A stretch of DNA of 64,000 nt from NCBI GenBank assembly GCA_963701775.1, contig CAVPBH010000020.1:221527-285526 (forward strand). The letters run 5' to 3'. The position numbers were made by a program, and so were the translations under genes. Shown in pieces: positions 17,706 through 27,999 of the stretch. The notes beneath the pieces were generated by a model. The model was not told the DNA's origin. It worked only from the letters and a program-made list of their open reading frames with translations, and ran no database searches. Each line of letters opens with the position of its first letter. The stretch's first letter is position 1. The stretch comes from an uncultured Chloroflexia bacterium (GTDB taxonomy: Bacteria; Chloroflexota; Anaerolineae; JAAYZQ01).

Positions 17706-19064
17706 TCATCCAATGCCAAACGGTTGGGTCGAGGCGCCCCACAACTGCTGCGCCGCCTCGGCCACTCGGCGACGGGTGGCAGCTTCGTTGTAGCCAGGCA
17801 CCTGCCCGTCGCGCATCAGCCAGCGCCCGGCGCACATCACTCCCCGTAGATCGGCAGGGTTGCGCCACAGCAGGAGCTGGTCGGCCAGGTTGTGCGCGGC
17901 GAGCGGGGTGGGCAGGTCCGCCCGGATGAGCAGTAGATCGGCAGACGCACCGGGCGCCAGCACCCCGACGCCCTCCAGGCCGAGTGCCCGGGCGCCGTTC
18001 TGCGTGGCCATGGTCCACGCCACATGCGCAGGCATGACTGCGGGGTCGAGCAGGCGGGCCTTGGGGATCAGCGCGGCTGCGCGCATCACCTCGAAAAAGT
18101 TGTTCACGTAGCCGTCGGTTCCGAGCGCCACGTTGACGCCTGCCGCCAGCAGCTCGGGCACAGGCGCCAGGCCTCCGCCCACCTCGCAGTTGGAGATGGG
18201 CTGGTGCGAAACGTGCACGCCGTGACGAGCCAGGAGTTCGATCTCGGCCCTGTCGATCTGGACGCACTGCGAGGCCAGCACATGCTCACCCAGGACGCCC
18301 AGGCGCTCGTAGTAGGCAGCCGGGCGCAGGCCAAAGCGCTCCAGGCAGTATTCGGGTTCGTACGTTCCCTCTGAGAGGTGCATGTGGATGCGGGCGCCAA
18401 GCGCGGCGGCTTCCTCGAACGTCCGCCGGATAAAGTCACCCGAGCAGGTGAAGGTGGTATGAAAGCACTGCATGCCGGAGACGAGGCCCGGCTGCCGCCG
18501 GCAGGCGGCGGCGAAGCCGGCGTTCTCCTGGATGCCGAGGAGGCCGTTCTCTTCGCTCACACGCTGTGTGGCCTCGAAGGAAAGGATGCCGTGCAGCCCG
18601 CGCCGGCGGACGATGTCTGCTTCTACCTGGAGCGCGCCCGGCAGAGCATTCGGCGCCTCCAGGCAGTCGTAGAAGGCCGTCACGCCGCTGCGGATCATCT
18701 CAAGGCAGGCCCAATCTGTGGCCGCCGCGATGAGGTCATGGGTCAGGCAGTCCTCCACGCGCGGCCACCAGAAGCCGGCCAGGAACGGCCAGAAGCCGGC
18801 CGGCGCCTCGCCGAGGGGTATGCCATGTGCCAGCACGCCGTACATGTGGTGGTGGGCATTGACGAACGAGGGCGTGAGGACGCAATCCTGGGCGTCCACA
18901 ACCTCAGCGCCGGAGAAGCGGCGCCGGAGCTCCGCATTGGGTGCGGCAGCAACCACCCGGCCGTCCGCCACGGCGACCCCACAGCCGGGCTGCGGAGCCC
19001 GTGTCGTATCGGCCCACAGCCACCCACCCAGGATCAACAGCGCCGGCATGGCTGTTCTGCTCAC
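17706..19064 (-). CDS. ATZ/TRZ-family amidohydrolase (SsnA/MtaD-like aminohydrolase)
   Basis: Intact 452 aa; metal-binding HxH (SFVNAHHHMYG), HMHLSE, GTDGYVNNFFEVMRAA. Confidence 0.8.
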   Translation of the reverse strand: MSRTAMPALLILGGWLWADTTRAPQPGCGVAVADGRVVAAAPNAELRRRFSGAEVVDAQDCVLTPSFVNAHHHMYGVLAHGIPLGEAPAGFWPFLAGFWWPRVEDCLTHDLIAAATDWACLEMIRSGVTAFYDCLEAPNALPGALQVEADIVRRRGLHGILSFEATQRVSEENGLLGIQENAGFAAACRRQPGLVSGMQCFHTTFTCSGDFIRRTFEEAAALGARIHMHLSEGTYEPEYCLERFGLRPAAYYERLGVLGEHVLASQCVQIDRAEIELLARHGVHVSHQPISNCEVGGGLAPVPELLAAGVNVALGTDGYVNNFFEVMRAAALIPKARLLDPAVMPAHVAWTMATQNGARALGLEGVGVLAPGASADLLLIRADLPTPLAAHNLADQLLLWRNPADLRGVMCAGRWLMRDGQVPGYNEAATRRRVAEAAQQLWGASTQPFGIG

Positions 19065-19345
19065 CCTCCCGACACGGCCGGAAAGAGCAGTATCTCATCG
19101 CCGTCCGCCAGCACGACGCCGCGCGGCTCGCCCGAGATCAGCTTCCGGTTGACGAACATCACGAGGTGTGACACCACCGAGCCATCGGCTTCCAGCAGCA
19201 TCTCGGACAGCGGCGATCCGTGCGCGGCGGCCAGGACCTCGAGAAGGGCATAGAGGCCGGCGTTCTCGGGAAGCGCCACCGACTCCTCAGCCAGTCTCAC
19301 CGCACTGCGCAGGATGTTGTGATAGCGAACCGTCACAGTGGCCAT
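19061..19345 (-). CDS. MoaD/ThiS-family small sulfur-carrier-like protein ending in Gly-Gly
   Basis: MATVTVRYHNILRSAV...VVLADGDEILLFPAVSGG followed by stop. Immediately downstream of the first AOR gene. Confidence 0.6.
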   Translation of the reverse strand: MATVTVRYHNILRSAVRLAEESVALPENAGLYALLEVLAAAHGSPLSEMLLEADGSVVSHLVMFVNRKLISGEPRGVVLADGDEILLFPAVSGG

Positions 19346-21282
19346 TGTTTGCCTGTCCAATCTGCTTCTCCGCCGGCCTTCATTCCTGGGTAGAGCCGGC
19401 AGGCGGCCTCGTCCAGGCCCAAGTCGCGCAACCGGTCCGGCGTGGGCCAACCGGTGCGCAAGTCCCAGCCTCGGAGCGCATAGTATTCGTCGAGCATCGG
19501 CTCCAGGTCAATGACCTGACCGGCGGCGTTGCCCGAAGGCGAAGGCTCCTGGCTGAAGCGGCGCGGCAGGCGGTCGTCGGCACGGGAGATGCCGTGCAGC
19601 ACGTTGTAGCTGCGCTGAAGGTTGTAGATGCGCTCACCGATCTGTTTCAGGCGCTCGACCGGCATCTCCATGCCGGTTACTGCTTCGAGTGCCGCGGCCA
19701 GGTCGGGCCAATAGAGCTCGGCCAGTACGAAGGTCCCCCCCGACTTGCACACGCCGACCGAGTCCACCACCGCGCCGAAATCCTCCCCGTCCTTGACCAG
19801 GAAGGGCTTATGTCGGGTGGCCAGGGGTTGGGCCATCTCGGGCAGGTAAGCCTCCCCATAGCGGCGCCGTGCCTCGTCGGGGTAGCCGGTCTCGTCGATC
19901 ACGGGGAAGGCCTTGAGATGATCGGCGCCACGATTCGAGGTGGCGTGGGCCAGGCCCATCGACCGCTGCGCGCGCCCGTCCTGGGCGGCGATCTCCATGC
20001 CCTTCACGTGCATAGCGAACTCTTCGCTGCCGCGCCCGATGACCTGTGCAGCACGACGCACCCCCTCGGCCAACAGGTCGCCGAGGCCTTCGCGTGCCCC
20101 GATCTGCTCCAGCAGCCGCAAGGCCACGTCGGCCCTGCCCCATTCGAGCCATAGACCGCCCGTTTCCTCGAGGTTCAGGATTTCCTCCTGCCAAAGTTCC
20201 ATGGCAAAGCCGATTGCCCGGCCGGCCGAGATGGTGTCCATGCCCAAGTCGTCGCACATCCGGTTCGCCTTGAGGATGGCATCCAGGTCGCCGCTCCACA
20301 GGTTGGCTCCAAAGGCGTTCAGCGTCTCGTACTCGACGCTGTGCAGCGTCGTGCCGGCGAACCGGCCGTCGGGCAGGAGATGCAGCTTGTCGCAGCCTAT
20401 GGGGCAGCCAGAGCAGGCCAGGTGGCGCACCAACGCGCGCTTCTCAAGCGCCTCGGCGTTGATCTTGTCCACATCGGGGAACGACCCCGCCTGGAAGTTG
20501 CGCGTCGGAAAACGGCCCAGTGGGTCCATCAGCGAGACGATGCCGGGCGTGCCGTGCGACGAGACTGCTTTGTAGATGGGGTTGCTGCGCAGGCGCAGGT
20601 GAAAGTCCACGGCAAGAGCATGCGAGCGGGCCGGATCGGCGAAGCGCACCGACCCCTGCCCGCGCACGGCCACTGCCTTGAGGTTCTTGCTGCCCATGAC
20701 GGCACCCAGGCCGCAGCGCCCCAGCGATCGTTGTGACGTGACCTGGATGCTGGCAAAGCGCACCAGGCGCTCGCCGGCCGGCCCGATGCACGCCACCTTT
20801 ACGCCTGGGTCGCCCCACTGCCGGCGGATGGCCGCTTCAGTTTGCGACGTCGTCTGGCCCCAGAGGCCAGCGGCATCCCGCAGCTCGGCTCGGTCGCCGG
20901 CGATGGCCAGGTAGACGGGGCGCGGTGCTTGCCCGCGCACGGCGACGGCATCCCATCCGGCGAACTTTAGTTCGGGCCCAAAGAAACCGCCGGCATTGGC
21001 ATCCCCGTAGATGCCGGTGAGAGGCGACTTGGCCACGGCTTCCATGCGGCAGCTATTGGGCATGAGCGTGCCGACCAGGGGGCCGGCGGCCAGGATGAGC
21101 AGGTTCTCGGGGCCAAGTGGATCGACCCCCGGGCCGACTTCTTCCCAGAGCATCTGCGTGCCGAGCCCATTGCCGCCCAGGAAGCGCTCGGCCCATGTGG
21201 CACTCAGCTCCCGCGCCAAGATGGTGCCATGGGTGAGGTCGACGTCGAGCCACTTGCCGGCAAAGCCCTTGTAAGGGAACAT
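19333..21282 (-). CDS. tungsten-containing aldehyde:ferredoxin oxidoreductase family protein (AOR 1)
   Basis: Intact 649 aa spanning the AOR N-terminal and pterin/4Fe-4S domains (MFPYKGFAGKWLDVDLTHG...SPLTGIYGDANAGGFFGPELKFAGWDAVAVRG...GCPIGCDK...). Confidence 0.9.
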   Translation of the reverse strand: MFPYKGFAGKWLDVDLTHGTILARELSATWAERFLGGNGLGTQMLWEEVGPGVDPLGPENLLILAAGPLVGTLMPNSCRMEAVAKSPLTGIYGDANAGGFFGPELKFAGWDAVAVRGQAPRPVYLAIAGDRAELRDAAGLWGQTTSQTEAAIRRQWGDPGVKVACIGPAGERLVRFASIQVTSQRSLGRCGLGAVMGSKNLKAVAVRGQGSVRFADPARSHALAVDFHLRLRSNPIYKAVSSHGTPGIVSLMDPLGRFPTRNFQAGSFPDVDKINAEALEKRALVRHLACSGCPIGCDKLHLLPDGRFAGTTLHSVEYETLNAFGANLWSGDLDAILKANRMCDDLGMDTISAGRAIGFAMELWQEEILNLEETGGLWLEWGRADVALRLLEQIGAREGLGDLLAEGVRRAAQVIGRGSEEFAMHVKGMEIAAQDGRAQRSMGLAHATSNRGADHLKAFPVIDETGYPDEARRRYGEAYLPEMAQPLATRHKPFLVKDGEDFGAVVDSVGVCKSGGTFVLAELYWPDLAAALEAVTGMEMPVERLKQIGERIYNLQRSYNVLHGISRADDRLPRRFSQEPSPSGNAAGQVIDLEPMLDEYYALRGWDLRTGWPTPDRLRDLGLDEAACRLYPGMKAGGEADWTGKQWPL

Positions 21283-21285
21283 CTC

Positions 21286-21693
21286 TCACCCCACGCTTTC
21301 CAAGACGATTGCGCCCGGCGGACACATCGGCGCACACTCGGGCCGGCCGCCGCACAGGTCACACTTGAGTGCGACGCCCAACTCCTCGTCGACCCAGATG
21401 GAGTCATAGGGGCAGGCGGCCGCGCAGTCGCCGCAGCCCGCGCATATCCCGGTATCGACCAGCCATGCCCCGGTGCTCAGGTCCAAGGTGATGGCGCCCG
21501 TCGGGCAGGCGGCCGCGCAGGGCGCGTCGTCGCATTGGCGGCAGATGATAGGCGTGAACGGCCCTTCGTCGCGCGGAGCTGCGATGGCCACGCGCGAGCG
21601 CCGCAGCCAGACGGCCTGCTCGTGGTGAAAAGAGCAAAAGTTCTGGCAGATGCGGCAGCCGGTACACTTTTCAGCGTGAGTCTCGAGTCGCAC
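21286..21693 (-). CDS. 4Fe-4S dicluster ferredoxin-domain protein (likely AOR electron partner)
   Basis: Intact 135 aa with multiple CxxCxxCxxxCP motifs (CTGCRICQNFC, CRQCDDAPCAAACP, CAGCGDCAAACP, CDLCGGRPECAPMCP). Confidence 0.8.
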   Translation of the reverse strand: MRLETHAEKCTGCRICQNFCSFHHEQAVWLRRSRVAIAAPRDEGPFTPIICRQCDDAPCAAACPTGAITLDLSTGAWLVDTGICAGCGDCAAACPYDSIWVDEELGVALKCDLCGGRPECAPMCPPGAIVLESVG

Positions 21694-21701
21694 AGTCTCC
21701 C

Positions 21702-23588
21702 CTATTCGGCCAACAGAGTCGGAATGTCAAAGGCGTCCAGCCCGAGCCGTGCCAGCGTCGCAGGCGCCGGCCTGCCGGCCGCATCCCAGCCGCGCAGGCG
21801 GTAGTAGCGGTCGAGCATAGCGTCCAGGTCGCGCACGATCCCGGTGTGGATGGGCGGTGCGCCGGCGCCCTCACCCAGCGCGGTCGGGTGAGCGTAGATC
21901 GGCAGGGGCTCGGTGGAAAAGCGCTCAGGCAGCCGGTCATCCTGGCGCGACAGGCCCAGCCGCAGGTTATAGAGCCGCTCAAGGTTGACGATGCGCTCTC
22001 CACTCTGCAGGAGCTCCTGACCACTCACCGGGCGCCCCCACAGCGCGCTGAGCCCCTCGGCCAAGTCTTCTGGATAGAGCGCATAGGTCTCGGCGGTGCT
22101 GAACTTGCAGACCCCCAGCGCATCAGAGACCGCGCAGTAGTTTTCCGAAAAGACGACCAGGTCGGGCTTGTAGGTCTCGTCGTCGGTCTGCATCAAAGCC
22201 GGCACCATCTCGGCGGGAAAGAGCCGCTCGGCTGCGGGTAGGTTGCCGGCCAGGTCGATGGTGGGCAGGGCGTAGAGGTGGTCGGCCCCCCGGTTCGACG
22301 TGGCGTGACCGAGGCCAAAGCCCTTGGCGATGCGCGGTTCCTGCCGAGGCAGCTCCATGCCCTTGACGTGCATGGCATAGCGCGGCGCATCGCCGCCGAT
22401 GGCCTGGGCAGCGCCGCGGCAGCCTCCGGCCAGCAGGTCGCCGAGGCCCCGCCGCTGGGCGATGGCCTCGATCAAGGTGAGCAGGCCTGGCCCATCGCCC
22501 CACTCGAGGCGAAACTCGGCATCGGACAGGAGCCCGCGTTGGCGGCACTCCAAGGCAAAAGCGATGACCACCCCGGTCGAAATGGTATCCAGCCCCAGGT
22601 TGTTGCAGAGGCGGTTGGCATGGAGCACGACCTCTGGGTCGACGACGCCGCACATCGGTCCGAGCGCGTCGGTGCTCTCGTACTCGGGTCCCTCCAGCTC
22701 GCCGGCATGTGGTCCGGCCTCTACGCGCGTCAGGCGGCTGCAGCGGATGGGACAGGCATAGCAGCCTGTGGTGCCGGTCGTGAATTGGGCGATGGCGCGG
22801 GCATCGATCCGGCCCGCGTGCGGCAGCTGGCCCTGTTGGTGGTTGTAGGCGGGCAGGTCGCCCGTGCGGTTCTTGCCCGCGATAAGCAAGACTGTGCCCC
22901 ACTCCCGTAGGCCGGCCACATTCGGATGCTCATGCACCCGCCGGGCCATCGCCACGGCAACCTCTTTGAACGCTGGCGGCAGCTCCAATCGGGCCCGGCC
23001 GCGCACGACAACCGCCTTCAAGTTCTTGCTGCCCATCACGGCTCCGCCGCCACAGCGCGCAGCGGCGCGCCCTCGGTCGTTGATGATGGCCGCGATAGAC
23101 ACACCGTGCTCGCCGGCCGGACCGATGCAGGCCACGCGCGCGCCACCCTTCTCCAACTGCTCGTGGGTCGCCTGGGTTCCCTGGCCCCACAGATGACCGG
23201 CTGGCCGGATGGCGATACGGCCCGGGCCGACCTCCAGGTAGGCAGGCTGCTCGGCCCGGCCCGTCACCACCAGCGCTTCGTACCCGGCCTGGCGCAGCGC
23301 AGCCCCGAACATTCCCCCGGTGTTGGCATAGCCGTAGATGCCGGTCAGCGGCGAGTGGAAGGTGACGTGCGTGCGCGCGCCGGTCGGCCAGGGCGTCCCG
23401 GTGAAGGGGCCGACGGCAAAGACCAGCGGGTTCTCCGGCGCCAGCGGGTGCCGGGGATCGGCGATGTGCCGCGAGAGCAGCACCGCGCCGAGCCCACGAC
23501 CCCCAATAAAGTGCGTTTCCACCCCCTGTTCGGCAGGCTCCAGGCGAACCGCGCCTGTCGACAGGTCAATCCAGGCGATTTCTCCCAC
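21702..23588 (-). CDS. tungsten-containing aldehyde:ferredoxin oxidoreductase family protein (AOR 2)
   Basis: Intact 628 aa; paralog of AOR 1 (MGEIAWIDLSTGAVRLEPAE...SPLTGIYGYANTGGMFGAALRQAGYEALVVTG...). Confidence 0.9.
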   Translation of the reverse strand: MGEIAWIDLSTGAVRLEPAEQGVETHFIGGRGLGAVLLSRHIADPRHPLAPENPLVFAVGPFTGTPWPTGARTHVTFHSPLTGIYGYANTGGMFGAALRQAGYEALVVTGRAEQPAYLEVGPGRIAIRPAGHLWGQGTQATHEQLEKGGARVACIGPAGEHGVSIAAIINDRGRAAARCGGGAVMGSKNLKAVVVRGRARLELPPAFKEVAVAMARRVHEHPNVAGLREWGTVLLIAGKNRTGDLPAYNHQQGQLPHAGRIDARAIAQFTTGTTGCYACPIRCSRLTRVEAGPHAGELEGPEYESTDALGPMCGVVDPEVVLHANRLCNNLGLDTISTGVVIAFALECRQRGLLSDAEFRLEWGDGPGLLTLIEAIAQRRGLGDLLAGGCRGAAQAIGGDAPRYAMHVKGMELPRQEPRIAKGFGLGHATSNRGADHLYALPTIDLAGNLPAAERLFPAEMVPALMQTDDETYKPDLVVFSENYCAVSDALGVCKFSTAETYALYPEDLAEGLSALWGRPVSGQELLQSGERIVNLERLYNLRLGLSRQDDRLPERFSTEPLPIYAHPTALGEGAGAPPIHTGIVRDLDAMLDRYYRLRGWDAAGRPAPATLARLGLDAFDIPTLLAE

Positions 23589-23594
23589 GGCCGG

Positions 23595-24569
23595 CTAGGC
23601 CCAGAAGTCGTGAGGCCAGGCGTGGGCCTTCAGCCTCTCCATGTCCTCGACCGGCAGTGGCCCCTTCTCCGCGGCCCGCACGTTGAACTGCACGTGGCGG
23701 GCGCGGCGGACGCCGGCGATCACCGACGATACGGCGCGATGGCTCAGGCAGAAGCGCAGTGCCGCCTCGGGGAGTGACTCCACGTCCCCGCGCAGCAGCC
23801 ATTGCAGCGCCTGGGTATGTTCGTAGACTTGCTGTTTGCGGTCGCCACGGAAATAGTCGTTGCGCCAGTCGCCCTCCGGGAAGGTCGTCTCGGGCCCGAT
23901 CATGCCGGTGAGTGAGCCCTCGTCAAAGGGGCAGCGGGCGATGATGCCGACGTTGTTCCGCTGGGCCAGCGGGAAGAGTGCCTGTTGCGGCTCCTGCTGG
24001 TAGATGTTGTAGACCACTTCGCAGGCGTCAATCAGCCCGGTAGCGATCGCCTCTCGGGGCAGGTGCGCCTCGGTAAACGGAAAGACCAGCGACAGGCCAA
24101 AGGCGCGGATCTTGCCCTGCTCCTTGAGCCGCACCACCGCCTCCTTCCAGCCGTCGAACGCTGCCCATTCGTCCAGCCACACGTGCATCATCTGCAGGTC
24201 GAGCGTCTCCTGCCCCAGGTTCTGCAGGCTCTGCTCGGTGCTGTCGATGATCCACTGCGCGGAAAATGCTTCGACGAACGAGTCGCCGGGCTTTGGTGAG
24301 AAGTTGTAGTTCATGGGCCGCACTTTTGTGCCTACGTGCACCCGCTCCGAGCGGCCGCGCAGGGCCTGGCCGATCAGCCGCTCGCTGTGGCCGGCGCCAT
24401 ACCCCATGGCCGTGTCGACAAAGGTGACGCCGAGGTCGATGGCCTGGCCTAGTGCGGCCAGAGCCTCGTCATCGCTGCTGCCCTTCCACCAGTCACCGCC
24501 AATGCCCCAAGCACCAAAGCCGACCTCGGACACTTCAAAGCCCGTCTTGCCCAACATTCGATAACGCAT
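23595..24569 (-). CDS. aldo/keto reductase
   Basis: Intact 324 aa (MRYRMLGKTGFEVSEVGFGAWGIGG...FVDTAMGYGAGHSERLIG...). Confidence 0.85.
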   Translation of the reverse strand: MRYRMLGKTGFEVSEVGFGAWGIGGDWWKGSSDDEALAALGQAIDLGVTFVDTAMGYGAGHSERLIGQALRGRSERVHVGTKVRPMNYNFSPKPGDSFVEAFSAQWIIDSTEQSLQNLGQETLDLQMMHVWLDEWAAFDGWKEAVVRLKEQGKIRAFGLSLVFPFTEAHLPREAIATGLIDACEVVYNIYQQEPQQALFPLAQRNNVGIIARCPFDEGSLTGMIGPETTFPEGDWRNDYFRGDRKQQVYEHTQALQWLLRGDVESLPEAALRFCLSHRAVSSVIAGVRRARHVQFNVRAAEKGPLPVEDMERLKAHAWPHDFWA

Positions 24570-24594
24570 AGATTCCTCCCTTGGTTGGTTGCAG

Positions 24595-25467
24595 CTAAGC
24601 GGCCTCGACCAGCTCGCGCAGGTAATACTTGTGCCGGCCGAAAGCTCCGCCGAAATTCATCGCGCCGATCTCCAATACACCGGGCACGCGAGCGGCTGCC
24701 TCGGCGGCCGCCTTGATGCCGCGCGCCATCAGGCCTTCCGTGGCGCCGAACATCAGCAGGTTCAGGATCGAACCGGTGCCCTCCGGCACGCGGCTGCCTG
24801 CAATGCGGTCGCGCAGCACCGGAACATACTCCAACTCGCGATAGACCTGTTCCAGCCCATATCCAAGGGGCGCCACACCGTCGACGCCGGCTATGGCCTC
24901 CTTGGCCGCCTGGACGGCGAGCACTGCCGAGGCAGCCGTCTGTGCATAGCAGACGATGTGCCCGTCGGTGCCGGCGGTGGACAGCCAGAACGTAGGCTCG
25001 TACACAAACTCGCCGGTCGTAGTCGGGACCACACTCACCAGGTGGCTGCCCACTTCGCGCCGGGTGTCGTACCCCTGCCAGCGCGCAGCCGTGGGTGAGT
25101 AGAGGTCGACTGTCACGGTATCTTGCACCCCCGGCAGCATTGCGTCAAAGACCGCAAGGGTCGGGATGAGCGTAGCCAACACGATGCGCAGCGCCAGCTC
25201 GTCGACCAGATCCTGGCGCCGGCTTGGCGGCATGGTGCATGCCACAAAGACGCCTGGCCGTCCGTCGGGCGTTTCCTGGGGCCGCGCAACCCGCTCGATG
25301 CCGGCGTTGATACGCGAGCCCAGCTCGCTGGAGCCCGCTGCGCCCACAAACTGATGTGCACCTCCCAAGGCCACTTCCTCGGAGATGGCGGTCAGGAGAA
25401 GGCGTACTACCTCCAGGTCCCAGGCCTCGGCGAAGGTATCCTGGATCGTCACCTCACCGATCTTCAT
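24595..25467 (-). CDS. formylmethanofuran:tetrahydromethanopterin formyltransferase (Ftr)/FhcD-like protein
   Basis: Intact 290 aa. N-terminus MKIGEVTIQDTFAEAWDLEVVRLLLTA parallels the Ftr N-terminus (MEINGVEIEDTFAEAF...); ETPDGRPGVFVAC segment. Length matches Ftr (about 296 aa). Confidence 0.6.
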   Translation of the reverse strand: MKIGEVTIQDTFAEAWDLEVVRLLLTAISEEVALGGAHQFVGAAGSSELGSRINAGIERVARPQETPDGRPGVFVACTMPPSRRQDLVDELALRIVLATLIPTLAVFDAMLPGVQDTVTVDLYSPTAARWQGYDTRREVGSHLVSVVPTTTGEFVYEPTFWLSTAGTDGHIVCYAQTAASAVLAVQAAKEAIAGVDGVAPLGYGLEQVYRELEYVPVLRDRIAGSRVPEGTGSILNLLMFGATEGLMARGIKAAAEAAARVPGVLEIGAMNFGGAFGRHKYYLRELVEAA

Positions 25468-26522
25468 CCGACCCCCTCGTTGACCACCACGACCTTGAGG
25501 CCGGTGCGCGTGTTGGCGAAACTGAAGGCGTCGTAGATCTGCTCCAGGGGATAGCGGTGGGAGATGAGCGGGCCAACCTTCATTCTGCCTGACGCCAGGA
25601 GCGCCAGCGCTTTTTCATAGTCGGCGCGGGTCGAGTCGTGGCTGCCCACCAAGCGCAGCTCCTTGTAGTGGACGACGTCCAGGTTGAGCGTCACCGGGTC
25701 ACTCAGCGTGGCAGCGAAGTAGAGCACCTGTCCCTGCTTGGCCGCCATCTGGAGAGCCTCCTCCAGAACAGATGGGTCCAGCCCTGCCGCGCTGACGATA
25801 ACGTCGGCGCCCATGCCGTCGGTGATCTGCTTCACCTGCTCGACCAGCTCAGGGTCAAGCTGGTGGGCAAGCCTGGCCTTGACGACGTGGTCGGCGCCTA
25901 CGGCGCGGGCCGCCTCCAGGCGGTTCTCCTTCAGGTCGGCGGCGATGGTCGTGAGCCCCCGGTTCTTGAGAAGCTGCAGGTGCACGAGGCCGATAGGTCC
26001 TGCCCCCAAGACGAGTCCGACTCCGCCCAGGGGCACATCGACCAGTTTGTTGTTGCCGTTGATGCAGCAGGCCAGTGGTTCCGTCAGGGCGGCCTCGACC
26101 AGGTCTGTGCCCTGGGGCACGTGGAGCAGGTTGCGGAAGGGGTAGATCGCGTACTGCGCAAAGCCGCCGGCGATGTAGCCTTGGCTGACGCACAGATTCT
26201 CGTGCCCGCGCCGGCAGTAACGGCAGTAGCCACAGGGCAGCCGGCCGTCGGGCACGACGCGGTCGCCCACGCGGAGCCCCGGCTGGTCAGGCACGCCCTC
26301 GCCCACCCCCCGGATGATGCCGGACAACTCGTGGCCCATCTGGAAGGGAAACGAGATCTTCCAGCCCTTGGGCCTCTTGCCCACAAAGAGGTTCAGGTCC
26401 GTGCCACAGATGCCGCACGCAGCCACCTGCACCACCACCTGGCCCGGCCCAGGCTCGGGCACCTCGCGTTCTTCAAAGATGAAGGTGCCGTTCTCAAGGA
26501 TCAAGGCGTGTTTGCTTTTCAT
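25464..26522 (-). CDS. zinc-dependent alcohol dehydrogenase (MDR family, threonine/sorbitol dehydrogenase-like)
   Basis: MKSKHALILENGTFIFEEREVPEPGPGQVVVQVAACGICGTDL, structural Zn Cys cluster (CGYCRYCRRGHENLC), GAGPIGL Rossmann motif; intact. Longer upstream ORF extension probably untranslated. Confidence 0.85.
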   Translation of the reverse strand: MKSKHALILENGTFIFEEREVPEPGPGQVVVQVAACGICGTDLNLFVGKRPKGWKISFPFQMGHELSGIIRGVGEGVPDQPGLRVGDRVVPDGRLPCGYCRYCRRGHENLCVSQGYIAGGFAQYAIYPFRNLLHVPQGTDLVEAALTEPLACCINGNNKLVDVPLGGVGLVLGAGPIGLVHLQLLKNRGLTTIAADLKENRLEAARAVGADHVVKARLAHQLDPELVEQVKQITDGMGADVIVSAAGLDPSVLEEALQMAAKQGQVLYFAATLSDPVTLNLDVVHYKELRLVGSHDSTRADYEKALALLASGRMKVGPLISHRYPLEQIYDAFSFANTRTGLKVVVVNEGVG

Positions 26523-26547
26523 TCTCTTCCTTTCAGTCCTCTCCGGT

Positions 26548-27999
26548 TCACCCTGTGCGAGAGGCGGCATAGTAGTAAGGGGAAACCGGCAGGCCGGCCT
26601 GCCCGAAGCGCCTGTTGCCATACTCCTCGGCCTGAGCAAGCAGGTCCTCCTCGTCGGCGACCAGCAGCTTGTGATCCTGCACCAGGATGCGGCCGTCGAC
26701 GATCACCGTATCCACATCGTGGACGGCACTGGCGCAATAGACAAGGTTGTTGACGATGTTGTTGATGGGCCGCATGTGGGGGCCGGTGAAATCCACCAGG
26801 ATCAGGTCGGCCTTCTTACCTGCTTCGAGCGAGCCAATCTCCGCTTCCATGCCCAGGGCGCGGGCGCCGCCCATCGTCGCCATCTCCAGGACCTGGTAGG
26901 CATGCAATGCCGTGGCATCCAACTGGTTCACCTTCTGTAGGAATGCCGCCACCCGCATGGCCTCAAACATGTCCATGTTGTCGTTGACCGCACAGCTATC
27001 GGTGCCTAGCGACACAGTAACACCCGACTTGAGCATCTTGGCGATAGGGGCAATGCCATCGGCCACCTTCATGTTGCATTCGGGGTTGTGCGCCACCCGG
27101 GTGTCCGTCGCTTTAAGCAGGCCGATGTCCTCATCGGAAAGCCAGATGCAGTGCGCGCCCAGGACGTCGGGCCCGAGCAGCCCCAGCTCGTACAAGTAGC
27201 GCGTCGGCGTGGTGCCGTACAGGTTGTGGATGTTGTCCCATTCGAAGCGTGTCTCGGCGATGTGAATATGAATGCCGATACCTTTCTCAGTCGCCAGCGC
27301 CCGCACCCGGCGCATCTGCTCGCCCGAGCAAGAGTTCGGGCAGGCCAGCCCGTAGCGGAAGCTGACGCGCCCGCCCTGCGAGGCCCGGCAGCGTGCGATC
27401 AGCCGGTCGGCCAGGTCCATCGCCTCGCCACTGGGCAGGAGCATGCCCTCGCGGTTCCACTGGTCTACATCCGTCAAGGTCAGGGCGTGCACGATGCGCA
27501 GACCCATCGCCTCAAAGACATCGACCACTTCGGGCGGCGTGGCCCACTCCATGTTCAACAGGCAGGTGATCCCCGAGCGCAGCGCCTCCAGGCAGCCCAG
27601 CCGCGAGGAGTGAATCTGCAGGCCATAGTCGCCGCGCAGGTAGCCCGCCACAGCCAGGACGATGCGGGGCGACGACACCTTCTCGACCCATTCCACCAGC
27701 TCCAGGTCGTCGGGCATGCCCTTGAGATAGCTCTGCAGAAAGTGGTGGTGCGTGTCGACCAGCCCCGGCAGCACCGCTTTGTGCCGCGCATCCAGCACCC
27801 GGCGGCCGGTGTAGCGGCGCAGGAGGGCTGCGGTGTCGTCGACGGCCACGATGCGGCCGCCCTGCACCGCCACAGCGCCATCCCAAAGCGTACGCTGAGC
27901 CGCGTCCATCGGGATGACGACCCCGTTGCGGACGATCAGATCCACCTGCCCTTCCCCTTGTCCAGGCGAGGGGGAAGCAGACGGCGGTTGTTCGCTCAT
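26548..27999 (-). CDS. ATZ/TRZ-family amidohydrolase (chlorohydrolase/deaminase-like), paralog of 43507-44955
   Basis: Intact 483 aa; LPGLVDTHHHFLQSYLKG, HIHIAETRFE, HNPECNMKVADG, SLGTDSCAVNDNMDMFEAMR. Confidence 0.8.
   Translation of the reverse strand: MSEQPPSASPSPGQGEGQVDLIVRNGVVIPMDAAQRTLWDGAVAVQGGRIVAVDDTAALLRRYTGRRVLDARHKAVLPGLVDTHHHFLQSYLKGMPDDLELVEWVEKVSSPRIVLAVAGYLRGDYGLQIHSSRLGCLEALRSGITCLLNMEWATPPEVVDVFEAMGLRIVHALTLTDVDQWNREGMLLPSGEAMDLADRLIARCRASQGGRVSFRYGLACPNSCSGEQMRRVRALATEKGIGIHIHIAETRFEWDNIHNLYGTTPTRYLYELGLLGPDVLGAHCIWLSDEDIGLLKATDTRVAHNPECNMKVADGIAPIAKMLKSGVTVSLGTDSCAVNDNMDMFEAMRVAAFLQKVNQLDATALHAYQVLEMATMGGARALGMEAEIGSLEAGKKADLILVDFTGPHMRPINNIVNNLVYCASAVHDVDTVIVDGRILVQDHKLLVADEEDLLAQAEEYGNRRFGQAGLPVSPYYYAASRTG

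Noticed and set aside
16438-17929. overlapping 319-aa and 396-aa plus-strand ORFs
   Set aside because: Antisense to the PreA-like and amidohydrolase genes; Pro/Arg/Ala-rich translations.
25638-26753. 371-aa plus-strand ORF
   Set aside because: Antisense to the Zn-ADH and amidohydrolase genes; no conserved motifs.
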